A stretch of DNA of 64,000 bases, taken from the NCBI GenBank assembly GCA_964188305.1, contig OZ076893.1. One strand, given 5' to 3'. The notes beneath the pieces were generated by a model that had not been told where the DNA came from, ran no database searches, and saw only the letters and a program-made list of their open reading frames with translations. The stretch comes from Podarcis bocagei. Lineage: Eukaryota. Positions 38,671 to 51,029 of the stretch are shown here, in pieces (within the stretch, counting starts at the first letter, position 1; every line of letters starts with the position of its first letter). The translations under genes were made by a program, and so were the position numbers.

Positions 38671-41038
38671 GTATGTTTTGTTTCAACTGTTAAGAACAAG
38701 AACTTTACACAGATTTATAATTTCCAAGGTGATTGTGTTTCAAGCTGAACAGAATGGTGTGCAAGAGAGAGCATAAAAAAGTTGACAGACAAAAGATAGT
38801 GTAATCTTTGGAATCACTCTATAAATATACAGTATTGACTAAAACATGTAATATACCAATTCTAGTATGATGTTAGTTTCCTACAAAAGACCTGAAGTTT
38901 GCTCACTATAAGTTCATTTTAATGTTTAACTAACTTTTCCCCAAACTTGCACAGCAGCACTGAGAGGACACACTGACTACATATATTTAAAGTCTGAATT
39001 GAGATAAATTTTAACTGTCTTGGTCAGCTGATTAGTGAAAAAATGCTATTCATCAATCAGGAGTTGTATGCATAGTTTCTCCGACAGTCCCTCTTGAATT
39101 ATCACTAGCTTCTGCAAAGCCAATATCAACAGGGACAGCTAATCGTACATCTGGGACTTATAAATGTCCTTTAGTAATCTGAAATAGTAATTCACAGTAT
39201 AATTGAATAGCCCCGAGAGTCCAGAAAAAGTACACATATGCATCTTTTCAGCTTTTCTAATTTGAAGTTTCCAACCCATTGGGTAGTTTTATTTTAGTTT
39301 AAGTTGATAGACACCAGCACAGCCTCCCTTACAATTTCATGGATGAATCGTTGAATTGGTTAAAGTTTAAATGCCACTCTCCTATTGAACTTTTGAATGA
39401 ATAAATTTGCTGTTATATGCAAGTCTGAGGAACAGTTTCACTATAACAATCAATTATGCCACACTGTTTAATTAGGAAAAGGATATAATTACATTCTCCT
39501 TTCAGGGCATTCCAACCTGCATGATTCTCTACAAGATTCATTCACTGTGCCTTCCCCCACCCCAATTAACATGTGTACTCTGCCTGTTTTAGTAATGAAG
39601 TTAGCATGAGGTCACTGGGGGGGTGGGGAGAGAGAAATGATCTTATACATGCATATTTATCCCTGCGCCAGGATGCCAGCCGTAGTATGGGAAGTGTAAT
39701 TTTTCACTGAACATGACAAAAAAAAGAGTTTTGCTCTGGGGTTTTGTTTTTGTTTACTGTTGATCTCATATAACAAGCCACCATCAGATTCACTCAATCT
39801 TCATGCTGTGTCCTGTAAAATTTAGAAATAAAACCCCCCATTCCTAGTTTAAAAATTGCAAAGAAATTGCTGCAACAGGATATTATTGCACATTAATTCC
39901 ACTTTTTTCTAGGTGAAAACTGTTTTGGGAAGGGGCAGTGAAATATGGAATAGCAGTGAGGAAAGGGGTAGTTAACCTTATTAATAATCTGCTTCCCACC
40001 CACATCTAAGTGCAGAAAGAAAACATTTGGGGGAAAGAAGCAAGGTTATGCTACTCTTGAAACTGATGAAGATGGAAGAACACTCTGTATCTGAACATTT
40101 AACTTATACAACTTGTGAAAAACACCAGTATTTGTATATGCTCTATGTAGCCTTTTGTCTGAACTACACCTAAAAGCACATGTATACCTCTGTCAAAGAG
40201 CACACTTTTATAGGTGTAAGTAAAAAAGAGTTATTTTGCTCTCATGGACAGACTCTTCTTTGCCTGTGCTACTGTCAGCTCCAAATGACATTGCCGTGAC
40301 GTATTCTGCACAACGCAGTATCTATCTTATTAAGCAATGTTTCATGCCCCAAACTTGTCACGGTAATATATTTCAATAGATTTCAATAGGAAGGTTGGCT
40401 ACATATATGTTTGAAGTCCCAATTCATCTTCTAGATACTTCAGGGAAAAAAGTTTGAGAGACTGGTTTTTAAAGAACAAAAGCGTAGCACTTCATCTATC
40501 AGCAAAAATGCCACTTATTGTGCTTAAAGAAAACTACTGCCATTATTTTGTTTGAATCCCCGCTCTGCCTTTCCTTTCTTTTCTAAATTCCCAAACAGAA
40601 TGAGGCTTGGAAGGAGGAGATACAGTATATATAGTTACAAGTGAAGATCCCCACCCCCCACTTCTGTCCTACCTGCTGATGATATTCCTGCCTAGGGAGA
40701 GATGCCATCTACAAAGAGTATGGCTATTTGTGCTTGGTTATTATTGTTATTAGGAATTTATAAGGAGAACCTCTGAAAGGCTCACATAAAATGGAAATTA
40801 TAAACCACAAAGACATGTCAGATTGAACTCTAATTGTTCCAAAACTATTTCTAGTTACACATATGCATTTTCCATTGCAAGTACATTCTAAATTATTTAG
40901 AAGTGAAAGGGAATCAATGTTTTTTCTAATAAAGACAAAAAAGTGAGTCAATATGCATTTCAATCGTCGAGAACGCTCAGAAGGTGCAGTTCTAAGTGCC
41001 ACAACTGGAAATGGTTTTAAGCTTTCCAACAAAGATGA

Positions 41039-41253
41039 AATAAAAAAATTCCTCCCTGTAGCACCTTAAAGACCAACTAAGTTAGTTCTTGGTATAAGCT
41101 TTCGTGTGCATGCACACTTCTTCAGATACCTGAAGTGTGCATGCACACGAAAGCTTATACCAAGAACTAACTTAGTTGGTCTTTAAGGTGCTACAGGGAG
41201 GAATTTTTTTATTTTGACTATGGCAGACCAACACGGCTACCCATCTGTAACTG
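41039..41253 (+). mobile_element. Penelope-like element remnant: inverted plus direct partial pseudo-LTR (fold-back)
   Basis: 83-bp perfect inverted arms (41038-41120 / 41132-41214) plus a ~40-nt unique tail; 12-bp TSD caacaaagatga (41027-41038, 41254-41265). The sequence gtagcaccttaaagac...aagctttcgtg...cacttcttcagat matches reptile Penelope pLTRs as I recall them. Confidence 0.88.
41091..41130 (-). ncRNA. Minimal type I hammerhead ribozyme motif (Penelope pLTR type)
   Basis: Minus-strand RNA GGUAU-CUGAAGA-A-GUGUG(CAUG)CACAC-GAAA-GC-UU-AUACC: 5-bp stem I, complete core, 5-bp stem II, loopless palindromic helix III (AGCU), CUU cleavage triplet. Motif only; activity not shown. Confidence 0.8.
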
Positions 41254-41902
41254 CAACAAAGATGAGACTGACAAGGAATTGGAAGGAAAAATCTCTTCCC
41301 TCCCTGCCCCTCCCAGGGGAAAAAATGTAAGAAAATTAGCAGATATGCTCTTTGACTAACCTCTCAGACCTAAAGCAGTCTACTTTTGTGGAGGAAATGA
41401 GCAGTTCTACAGGGATGCAATTTAGAAAGCCATATAAAGCTGCACAGATCACTGACACTAAAATGTTCTGCTATTCTCTGACCCGAGTTGTGAAACCTAA
41501 AAGCACAGGGGAAAATATCATTGAAAAAGGCAGTGAAGGTGCACTGATGTATTTTAAATGGCTTAAACTGTAGTGTAGTGTCCTAGGTATGGGCAGAAAG
41601 CCACATGCTAGAGCATTTGTCTGTTGTCAGAACAGCACTCAGGGTCAAACACAAAGTACTACAGCTCCACTCTGGTCTAAAAAAATACTGGTCTATGGTT
41701 GCTGTTCTTGCAGCAGAGCCATTTTTCCAGTTCTAACACATCAGTGTATGGTCTGCTGCAACACCAGATCAAGAAGACTTTTTGTTGCTGCAAGAAAGCA
41801 AGTGTGATTCTGTACAGTAGCATTATTTATTTGTCTAGGATAAGAATAGACCTTCCTCAATAACCCTAATAGCCAGAGATAATCAAATTGAAAACAACAA
41901 AA

Positions 41903-42072
41903 GGGGAAAGATTACAGCCCACTGGGAGTACACATGCTTTGCATTCAGAAGGTCCCTAACATCTCCAGTCAGAGCTTGGACAGAGCCATCTGAGAAACCC
42001 TGGAAAGTCTCTGCTAGTCAGTGAAGACAATGCCAGCTAGAAGGACCAATGGCCAGACTCAGTATAAAGTAT
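41903..42072 (+). mobile_element. Old tRNA-derived squamate SINE
   Basis: tRNA-like head remnant (catgctttgcattcagaaggtccc) and conserved tail (gctagaaggaccaatggccagactcagtataa); homologous to the minus-strand copy at 46101-46270. Confidence 0.7.
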
Positions 42073-42768
42073 ATTTAGAGAAGTCACTCTGAGGGAATCA
42101 GTCTACTTCTCTTAAATATCCTTCATTCTGAACATTTTTTTACTGTTTGTGAGGAGTGATTTCCTTGCTTTCCATTAGACCACAGTCAATTCAGAAGTGG
42201 CACCAAGTTCAAGAGAAACATATGGCATCTAAACAAACAACCTCCTTCCTGACACTATATTTTGTTTTATGGGAAGTTCACAAAAGGGGAAACATCCAAA
42301 GACAAAAAACCAATACACCCCAGGAAAAAAGTTATGAGCTAAAATGCACTCTATTTCAGATAATCTTCCATCCTCTCACCCCGTGCCAAGGCTGAATGAA
42401 GCTTTTTAAACACTTAACCATCTGTGTGTACAGACAATCAGGGCTTCATGCCAGGAAAAAACACATTTTGCCTCAGCTCTGTAATTCTGCTTACCAAACA
42501 TTTATTTTTCAAGGATACTTAAGGATGGGTAACCATATTGTAGAGGACATACATTTTCCAAAATTTCTACTAAAACCAGCACAATGTTTATGGCATAAAA
42601 CAGAGCCAGGACTTCTGTGAAAAGTCACAGCCAATAAAAAATATATCACACATTCAAAAGATTATTAATTCAGTCATCATGTTGCTTCACTATTTCAGAA
42701 AACCAAAACTACAACATGTTATTATGCGCCCAAGTTAGAAAAAGAAATGAAGGTTTTTATGTGTGTTG

Positions 42769-42770
<2 letters not shown>

Positions 42771-42808
<38 letters not shown>
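42771..42808. repeat. (AC)n microsatellite, 19 units
   Basis: Direct reading. Confidence 0.98.
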
Positions 42809-42810
<2 letters not shown>

Positions 42811-43226
42811 CAAACATACATGACATTTTCCACTAAATTAATTTTTCACTTTCCATTGATAAAAGTTCTCTTTTCTTTAATGGAGAAAGGTGCATATACT
42901 TGATGGTGACACTCATGAGGCACAGTGCTTTAAGAGAGGGCAGGCAGAGAAACTATGGAGATGAGTTTTGCCAGACATTGAGAGCTCTGCACAGCTGCCT
43001 GGGAAGCCCTGGTCAATTCCATATTTTAAGGGAACTGGCCTGACACAGTCTTCATGCATTTTTCACATTATTCAAATTTTGCATATAAAAATGAACATTT
43101 AGGTTTAAAACAAGCAAAAGTAATGCAAAATTTCAAATACTTTTAAAATTTGCAGATTGATACAGAAATGGGATGATTGCAGTTTGATTTTAAAATGCCA
43201 GTTTTATCAGCACATGCAAACCTAAC

Positions 43227-43794
43227 TGTCATGGTCTGGTTGGATACAGATGAGTGGTGGAAGACACCAGCTGGGGAACCCAGCAAGAGAAGAAGGCTCA
43301 GATCCAGGGGGCTGGTGGTGGGAAGAGGAGGTTTCGGAAGCTGAAGAGGCCACCGAGTTTAGTGAGGAGGAAGAGGCTGTGGTAGAGGGCAGTTCAGACT
43401 CCATTGCAGAAGCGGAGGCTGGAGGGGAGTGGGGCCAGGGGGCAGAGAGGAGGGCTACTGAAGAAGCCAGGGAGTCTCCCCCTTCTGCTGTGACCAGCTG
43501 CCCTCCCCTCTGGTCTCCTAGAACATGCAGAGAATTGGAGAGGGCAGAGAAGGGTGGGTGGGTGTTTGCAGGCAGTTTGCCACAGCTTGAGAAAGACCCT
43601 GGAAATGAGGAACCTTAGGAAGTTGTGGGAAGGACCTTCAGTCCTTGCAACTTCCTTCTTGGAGCAAGACCTTCTGGGAAGGGCTGCTGGGATCACTAGG
43701 CCTGCACTGTTTTGGTTTCTTAAATAAAGAGTTTACTTCACTGACACCGTGTTTTGCTTTGATTGCTGAGCTACGTTTGACTCCAGCTCTGACA
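43227..43794 (+). mobile_element. Solo LTR, 568 bp (Gypsy-like or ERV)
   Basis: TGTCA...TGACA termini, exact 5-bp TSD ctaac (43222-43226, 43795-43799), AATAAA at 43723-43728, and a sharp GC shift at both ends. Confidence 0.88.
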
Positions 43795-46100
43795 CTAACA
43801 CAGACTGAAAATAGTTTGATCTGTTTACTTTTAATAAATAAAATTATGTAAGGAACTCGCAAGTCCTTATTAGGGATACTTGAAAAATATGATGTTTGCA
43901 ACTTTCTGTACTTACTAATGTATGAACTGGAACTTTCCAATCGATTTAATTTTCCACTTCTCTGAATGCTGCAGAGCAGTTTGGGTAATTGAAATATATC
44001 AAAATGCACACCTATGATTTAAAATATTTGTTTTCAAATAAACTACACAAGTAAAGTACAAATTTAAATCTATCATTTAAAATACTCATTCAAATGTGTG
44101 CTTTGATGGGGTTAAAAAACCACTTGCAGGTTAATCCAGAAATGGAACAGAACAAAATTAAAATAAAATAAAACCATAACTAAAATAGATAGTTCTGGTT
44201 ACCACTTTTAACCATTTGTTATTCTTAACAGATTAAAGAATATTCTCTACTTCTATTTTATCTTTTATTCAGGAAGATTTCCATTCCTCTTAGTGAACAT
44301 GTATACAAAGCAGAAACATCCACACACAAAGTTGCTATGGTGTATGAATCAAACAACATTATGCTGGACTAAGAGTGTCAAAAGTGAATAATTGATCAAC
44401 GGTGACATAACAATAGTGAGGACTCTATAACCAAAGACACAGAAGGATCCCTATGGACCAAAGTGCACATCTCTGTAATCAGAGCCGCTGTAATAAATCT
44501 AATCTGACAAGTATTCAGAGACTGAAGCAATGTTCCATCAAATATTTTTAAAGTCAGTTCCACACAAGTCAACCTAGCTTTGCCTGGAGATTTATTAGAC
44601 ATTTAGCTGGTGCTCATGTGACCACTAGTAATCTGAAAGGAAAAGGAAAAGAAGTTGACAACTGAGAAAAACCTGGGATGGTATAAATGTTAAGATTTCT
44701 GGATGAACTTTATAACACATTACACTTCAACAGTGTTTTGGTATTGATCTGGTTGCTTTTTAAAAATTGTGTGTTTTTCATCTTTCTCAATTACCCACTT
44801 TGTGGTCAAATCAGTTCCATTTTATTTTTTAAGGTTTCTCCTTAATGCGATGCAATGACTGAACGATGATGGCACCAAAAATATGCAAAGCATACTTCCT
44901 CACTGCTGAGGATGCAGAGTCATGGATTTTTCCATACATGTCTGCTGGATTTTGTATGACATGTAAACTTTCCTAGAGTGAGAAGATATGGAACACAACA
45001 TGGTTGCCTCTTGCCTGCTTACAATGCCCACTTCCAAGCCTTATTGAGGTCTTGCTGTTCTTTTTATCAGCCATTCCCTTTCCTGCGTCTGAATCCACCA
45101 ATCAAGGCACTGAAGTTTGAAGCTAAATTTATAATTCAAACATTAAAATACAAGCAAACATATAAATACAAGCAATAGGTAAATAAGGGCCTAGGGTCAC
45201 AAGTAAAAGACCAGTGCCATATGGAGGCCATGTGCAACCGAACTAACTTCTTTATGCAACCAAAATACCTTACACAGAATTCACTACGTCAGGAGCTGGC
45301 AAGTACCAATAACTAAGATAGCTTTTTGAAAGCTAAAAACAAAACAAAACAAACATAATCATCACACATCAATTTTCCCTATGATAATGTGGATAATTCT
45401 TGCCACAGCCTCCCCAACCTCCCCACCCGCTTATTGCTCTTCCCCATCCCCTCTCCACCTCGTTCTGCGCCCATTTAGAGGGTGGGAGTAAATTACAGAA
45501 TTCACGTACATCCATTTTTCATATGAAACATCAGAGACTAATCTGAATGCAACATCCTTGGCTTGCTAGATCACTGCCTGGTGTTGAGTCCACTTAAGGC
45601 AAATCTCTCCTAGTCTTTCACGTTTTGGAAGGGCTTAGTCCATGAAAACAGAAACGTAGGTTTTAAAGGTGTATAAAGACATGTCCTTGAGGAAGCATGG
45701 TAACAAGTATCTTAGCATTCTGAGCACAATTAGTGCCCGGCAATTAGCACGAAGTTCCAGAACAGCTCTGCTGGGGGTCGTTACAGACTTTGCAACAGGT
45801 ACTTTACATAAAGAAATAATTCCACATGTGTTTTCTATTGCCAAGACGAAGGTGGCTGCATGCTAGAAGGGACAGGCTCTGCTCTCAATAAGAGCATGGC
45901 ATTTATAAAAAAAGAAGAAGGTGGGAATGTCTAACAATGCAAAATTGACTCACTTTCAGAAAGTGGCAGAGAAACAGGCTAAACATGAAGCATTTTTCAA
46001 ACACCAACCATTTTGACCTTATGCAGAAAATATCCCTCAGTATGTTCAATTATGATTTATTGAGTCGGCCCAATGTTATAACACTATATAACCAGCAGAA

Positions 46101-46270
46101 CAATGGAAGCTGCCTCATACTGAGTCAGGCTGTTGATCCACCTACCTCCTTATCATCTATACTGACTGGTAGTGGTTCTTCAGGGGTTCAGTCAGGGGCC
46201 TCTCCCAGCCCTTCCTGGAGCACCAGGGATTGAACCAGGGACCTCCTGCCTGAAGGGCAATGGCCCTTAC
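46101..46270 (-). mobile_element. Old tRNA-derived squamate SINE
   Basis: Reverse B-box (gggattgaaccagggacctcctgc) and tail (ggaagctgcctcatactgagtcag). Confidence 0.72.
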
Positions 46271-46289
46271 CTAACAAACTTTACATATA

Positions 46290-46520
46290 CAGTGGTACCT
46301 CGGGTTACAGACACTTCAGGTTATAGATGTTTAAGGTTACAGACTTCGCTAACCCAGAAATAATACCTTGGGTTAAGAACTTTGCTTCAGGATGAGAACA
46401 GAAATCGCGTGGCAGCAGCAGGAGGCCCCATTAGCTGAAGTGGTACCTCAGGTTAAGAACAGTTTCAGGTTAAGCACGGACCTCCAGAACAAATTAAGTT
46501 CTTAACCCAAGGTACCACTG
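46290..46520. mobile_element. pogo/Tigger-like MITE
   Basis: TA|cagtggtacctcgggtta ... taacccaaggtaccactg|TA; internal TIR-like copy gtggtacctcaggttaagaac at ~46440. Confidence 0.92.
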
Positions 46521-48962
46521 TACCAATTACTGGGAGCAGCTTGCTTTATTTGTGCCCTCTTACCCCCGCTACAATTTTTCTTCCTTTTCCCAAATTCTGG
46601 ATTTCTTTGCTGGTTAATTCTTCTTCCAGGTCAGGTATTTTTCCTGCATTTTATGGATACCACTTGTTAACATGAATACAACTGCTAACATTAAATTCAA
46701 ACATCTTTAAAAGACCCATACCCATACACAAACACACAAATACACATGCATAAACTGTAAAAAAAAGCTTTTGTATACATATAAACCATTAGCATTTATA
46801 TACACATGAAGACAGTTTTAAAATACCTGATTTTAAACATGAAACCATTTAATTTTAATAATAAAGCAAGAAAGAAACACATGTAAATTATAGATGTGTT
46901 GTGCACAAACTGGCTCTAGAGATTTTAAAATAAAAATATTTTACTAAAATAAATAAAATGAACTACTCATACAGACATTAATAAGGAACTAATTTCTTAG
47001 GTTCTCACTTCACTGAATAATTATACCTTTGGGCTAAAATGAATAATGTATTAAGTGGCGTGCAGTTTATGTAACCCTGAACAATCCATGCATTTATTAC
47101 TCTCATTCCAAACCATTTTGGGGCATATTACAGCTGATTAGTGACTTTTGCATAAAATGACTTTTTTGCTTCTGGCCTAAAGTAGCTTTACAGAAAGATG
47201 AGGATTCAAGCAGCCACTGTCACAAGTGTAGGCTCACTGACTTTAACTGGATAACACCAGTGTAAGTGGTTACCAATCCCCCCCCCAAGTGTCTCATTCC
47301 ATTAATGGAAGCTTGAAAAGAAAGGCCAAATATTTTTAGTATATTTTAAGTGCCCTCTCTCTCCCAAGTAGCATTCAATAATTCATTAAAGTACTATAGC
47401 TCAAAACTTCCCTTAAGCTCTGGGAGTTATTGGCTAACTACTGTCTGTATTGATCTTTTCAGTGATTAAATTTTTAAGACATTTAAAGTTGAATTCTGGT
47501 AAATGCAATACCCTTTTTCAGCAGCAGCTAGAATATAATGCACGGCAAGAAACTGAAAAGGCTTTGAGCAAGCTAACAAAAAAGTGCTTTGGAAAGGATT
47601 TTATGTTAGCTCAAATAGATAATAGAAAGCATCAGTTCAAGTAAAAAAAAAACCTGACAATTTCAATTTGATACCATATGTCTATATAAAACCCTATGTG
47701 CAAAGAAATGGTTTATTACATGCTCTTACTAAAGAGACAGCCTGAATTCCCTATTCCTCTTCCCCCGCCGTAAATACAATGTATATTTTAATTTCCTTCC
47801 AAAGAAAAAGGTTACTTTATAAGCATACAGGGATACTCCAGCTGAGGTAATCTGGTACCCAATGAAAGATTCTTCCGTCATGTTAGACTAGCCCTGTATG
47901 TCTCCTCCTCCTCTATATGCCTACCTGGAGCTCAGGCATGCAAGATGGGGTGCTGCCAGAAACTGACCACTTTAAGAAGCTGTTCCACATCTTCCAACAT
48001 GTGCCCAGCAGGACACAAATCCCACCTTCATCTGAACCATGAGCACCAGTGGCGTGTACAGGCTGAGGAAGGATGGGGCAGCTGTCCCTGCAAGGATGGG
48101 AGTGTATTTTAGTTGGCTTGCAGGGAAACTACTGCGCACCACCTTATGTGAAGAGTGATATGTTGGGGAGAAGAGCTGCTTTTGTAACACACACAAATGG
48201 GGGTTCCCTGCATTGTTACATCACCTCAAGCAACAGCATGCGTTCCTTCAAGCAGAGGCCCCACAGAGTTAAGGGCATGTTTGGCACTTAAGGGCATGCC
48301 CCAGGCTATTCTGCTTGAGCATTCCCAGCACAAAAAGGACTTTTTAAACTCTCTGCCTTGGTTGCTGGGAAATGCCCACTCAGTGTGCCGGCTCCAGAAG
48401 GCTAGGGACCCTTATGCAACATCTCAGAGGAACTCAGCCAGCTCCAAAAGATCTCACATGGAGGGCCTGTGGACAAGAGTACTCTGCTACTGATTTGTCC
48501 CCAGCTACTGCTATTTAGAACGACTTGGCTTTTAAACATGGGAGGTGCCTTTTAGCTAATGGGAAGAGTTAAGTTGAGCAGGCAACAGGATCTTTAAGGG
48601 AAAGCCTGGTGGGAGTTGTTTGCCAGGATTGTTGCAACTTGCATGCAGTACTCTATGTTTTGAAGGAAACGTATGAGTAGAAGCGTAGGCTGTGTACCTA
48701 GGATACTAGGGATATCTTGAAAGGGAATGGTGTGGTTTTGTGCTTTGCTAGAGAAGCAGTAGCAGCAGAAACGTGTGGGGCCAGGTGACGGGCAGCACAG
48801 ATGCTAATGAATTATACCTACTTTTTCTAGAAAAGGAGATGCTGGAACTCACCAGGAACACCTCCCTCATTCTCTTAGAACAGCAATAGTGCCCACCTGA
48901 GAGGTGCCAGGACTCAGTTTCAGAGAAATCTGGCTGGAAAAAAGCCCTGCCTACTATACACT

Positions 48963-49018
48963 GGCGTGCTCTGGTCCATGGGGCCACAAAGAGTCGGTCA
49001 CGACTAAACGACAACAAC
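48963..49018 (+). mobile_element. BovB extreme 3' micro-insertion (56 bp)
   Basis: Matches 8979-9042 (ggcgtgctctggtccatgggg...gagtcgg...cgactaaac...caacaac); 10-bp TSD actatacact (48953-48962, 49019-49028). Confidence 0.9.
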
Positions 49019-51029
49019 ACTATACACTAGGTATCAGCAACAAGAGAATTACTTTGTTAGGACTATCAGGTCTCTACCACCACCAGTGCTACCCACAGAT
49101 ACTCACTGATGCCTACACAAACTCCCTTCTCTTCACAGGTACCATATGATGGCAGTCAAGCCAGTCAAAAGCAAAATGGTATGCTATTCGGACACATATA
49201 CACACACTTCTTACAAAACTGTATGAAAAAAACAACGTATAACTGCTTCCCGGTTGTTGAAATAAATCCCAATCTATAAAGACCCCACAGAAAATGTTTT
49301 GGTTTTTTTATGTATAACAGAGCACTGCAATTTAGTAGTAATTAAAATCATAGTTTGGGTTGCAAAGCAGTATGTTTTATGTTGCAGTTTTTGATCTAGC
49401 CATTAAGGTCCCATTTTCTAATTTGTGTTGGATAAAAATCCAGTAATTACAGATAGCAAATGAGAGAATGAGAACTGAAATATTATGCTGTGAGCAGACT
49501 GGCCAAATTGTCACTGGTGTGAAGAGCAAAAACAGAAAACCTAGGCAGGTTAAAAGTGGAACACCCATACATACATTTGATTTCCTACCACCCCCCAAAA
49601 TTAGCCTTTTCATCCTGATTGATGACAGCAGGAGGCCGATAATTAATTGTAATTGGCTCTTTCACAGGTGCAGTGTAATTCAGCTAGCCCGTACAGAATC
49701 AAAAGTGAGTAATACAGCTCATATATGTATTCTGTCATTTTATATTAGTTCTGTGTAGTGGACGTTAGACAGAAACAGCTAGTGATGAGCGAGGTGAAAA
49801 AGGGAAAGGGAAATGTCAAAAGCAAAAGGAAACTGTTAAATGGCACCAAGTGCCTGGGTGAGGTGTTTGCCTACCCATGTGCTGCTTGTCTTTCTCAATC
49901 TATCACCAGAAAGGACATGAGACCTCAAGAGGGACAAATGTCCTAAGTCAGAAGGATGGAGCGGGCTACATCCTCAATTGCCTGAGGCCAATAGCGTGCT
50001 TGCCCTAAACTGTCAGTTTATGGTCTTCATTGCAATCTGCCTCCTGTCAATGTGAGCTTCACAAACTGAAATCCGATGCGACTTATAGCCCTCAAAACAC
50101 GAACTATAAATGATTAAGAAGAAGCAGGAAGGATGGCAGAGGGAGAAATCAAAGAAAAGGGTGCAAGGAAGGCAAGTTGCAAAGTTTGCCCTGCTTTCTG
50201 TCATCCAATTAATGGTGAGAAGTCAACGACTGAATGGAAATGGCTCAACCAAATAGCTAACAGCCCATGGGTTAGAAAGAGGGTGAAGAGAATCAGAAAA
50301 CCTAAGTACATGGCAGTACCAATGCCTCTGGCATTTTGCAGTCATTCTGGGAAAAGTCGATTAACACTCAAGACAAAAAACAACAACCCCTGACTGACAT
50401 AATTAAAGGAAGGAAAAGAGACAATGAAACATGATAACCAGTTTTTTCTATCATTTCCATTCTCTTTAGCAATGTATTGGAGTCAAAGCCAGGACAGTGC
50501 TAACCAGGTGTGTATTTTATATAGCCCAAGAATGTCTGTTTATAAGAAGCCAAAATATTGCTGCTGGAAATACAGCTAAGTGCACTGGAAAAGATGTATG
50601 CCCAAACATTAGGAACTCAGTATCAATCAACTCATCTTGCTATAGGTGCATTTTTGTGCATTTCTACATGTTTTTGTGATGGAATTTATGACAGATAAAA
50701 AACTAGTACATTGAGATATAGACATGAATTATTTCAAATTCCATGACAGAGTCATCACAAGCTTTACTACTTTAGCTCTCAGATTGTAAACCGATTGGGC
50801 CAGGAGCTGCATAAATTATTTTTGTCATAGTATGCTTTTTACAAACATAATAATCAGCACATTTTTTAAAAAAATCAAAGGCCTAAGCTTAGCTCATTTG
50901 ATTTTTTTTTACAAAATGTAAAAGCCAACACATTGTCAAATAATGTTTCTTTCTGGTAGACCAAGTAGGTTCTTGAGTAAGTAAGCTACAAATCCGATGC
51001 CCTTTTAAAATGTGGTTCTTTTGAGGGGG

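Noticed and set aside
41130-41161. Plus-strand hammerhead in the right arm (also 57905-57937)
   Set aside because: The core is broken at the junction (CUGAAG lacking the following AAG; CAGAAGA in the second copy) and there is no stem I partner.
41038-41214. Interpretation of the long palindromes as pre-miRNA genes, CRISPR repeats or DNA-transposon MITEs
   Set aside because: The asymmetric tail, 12-bp variable TSDs and hammerhead core fit Penelope retroelements; there is no spacer array and the DNA is eukaryotic.
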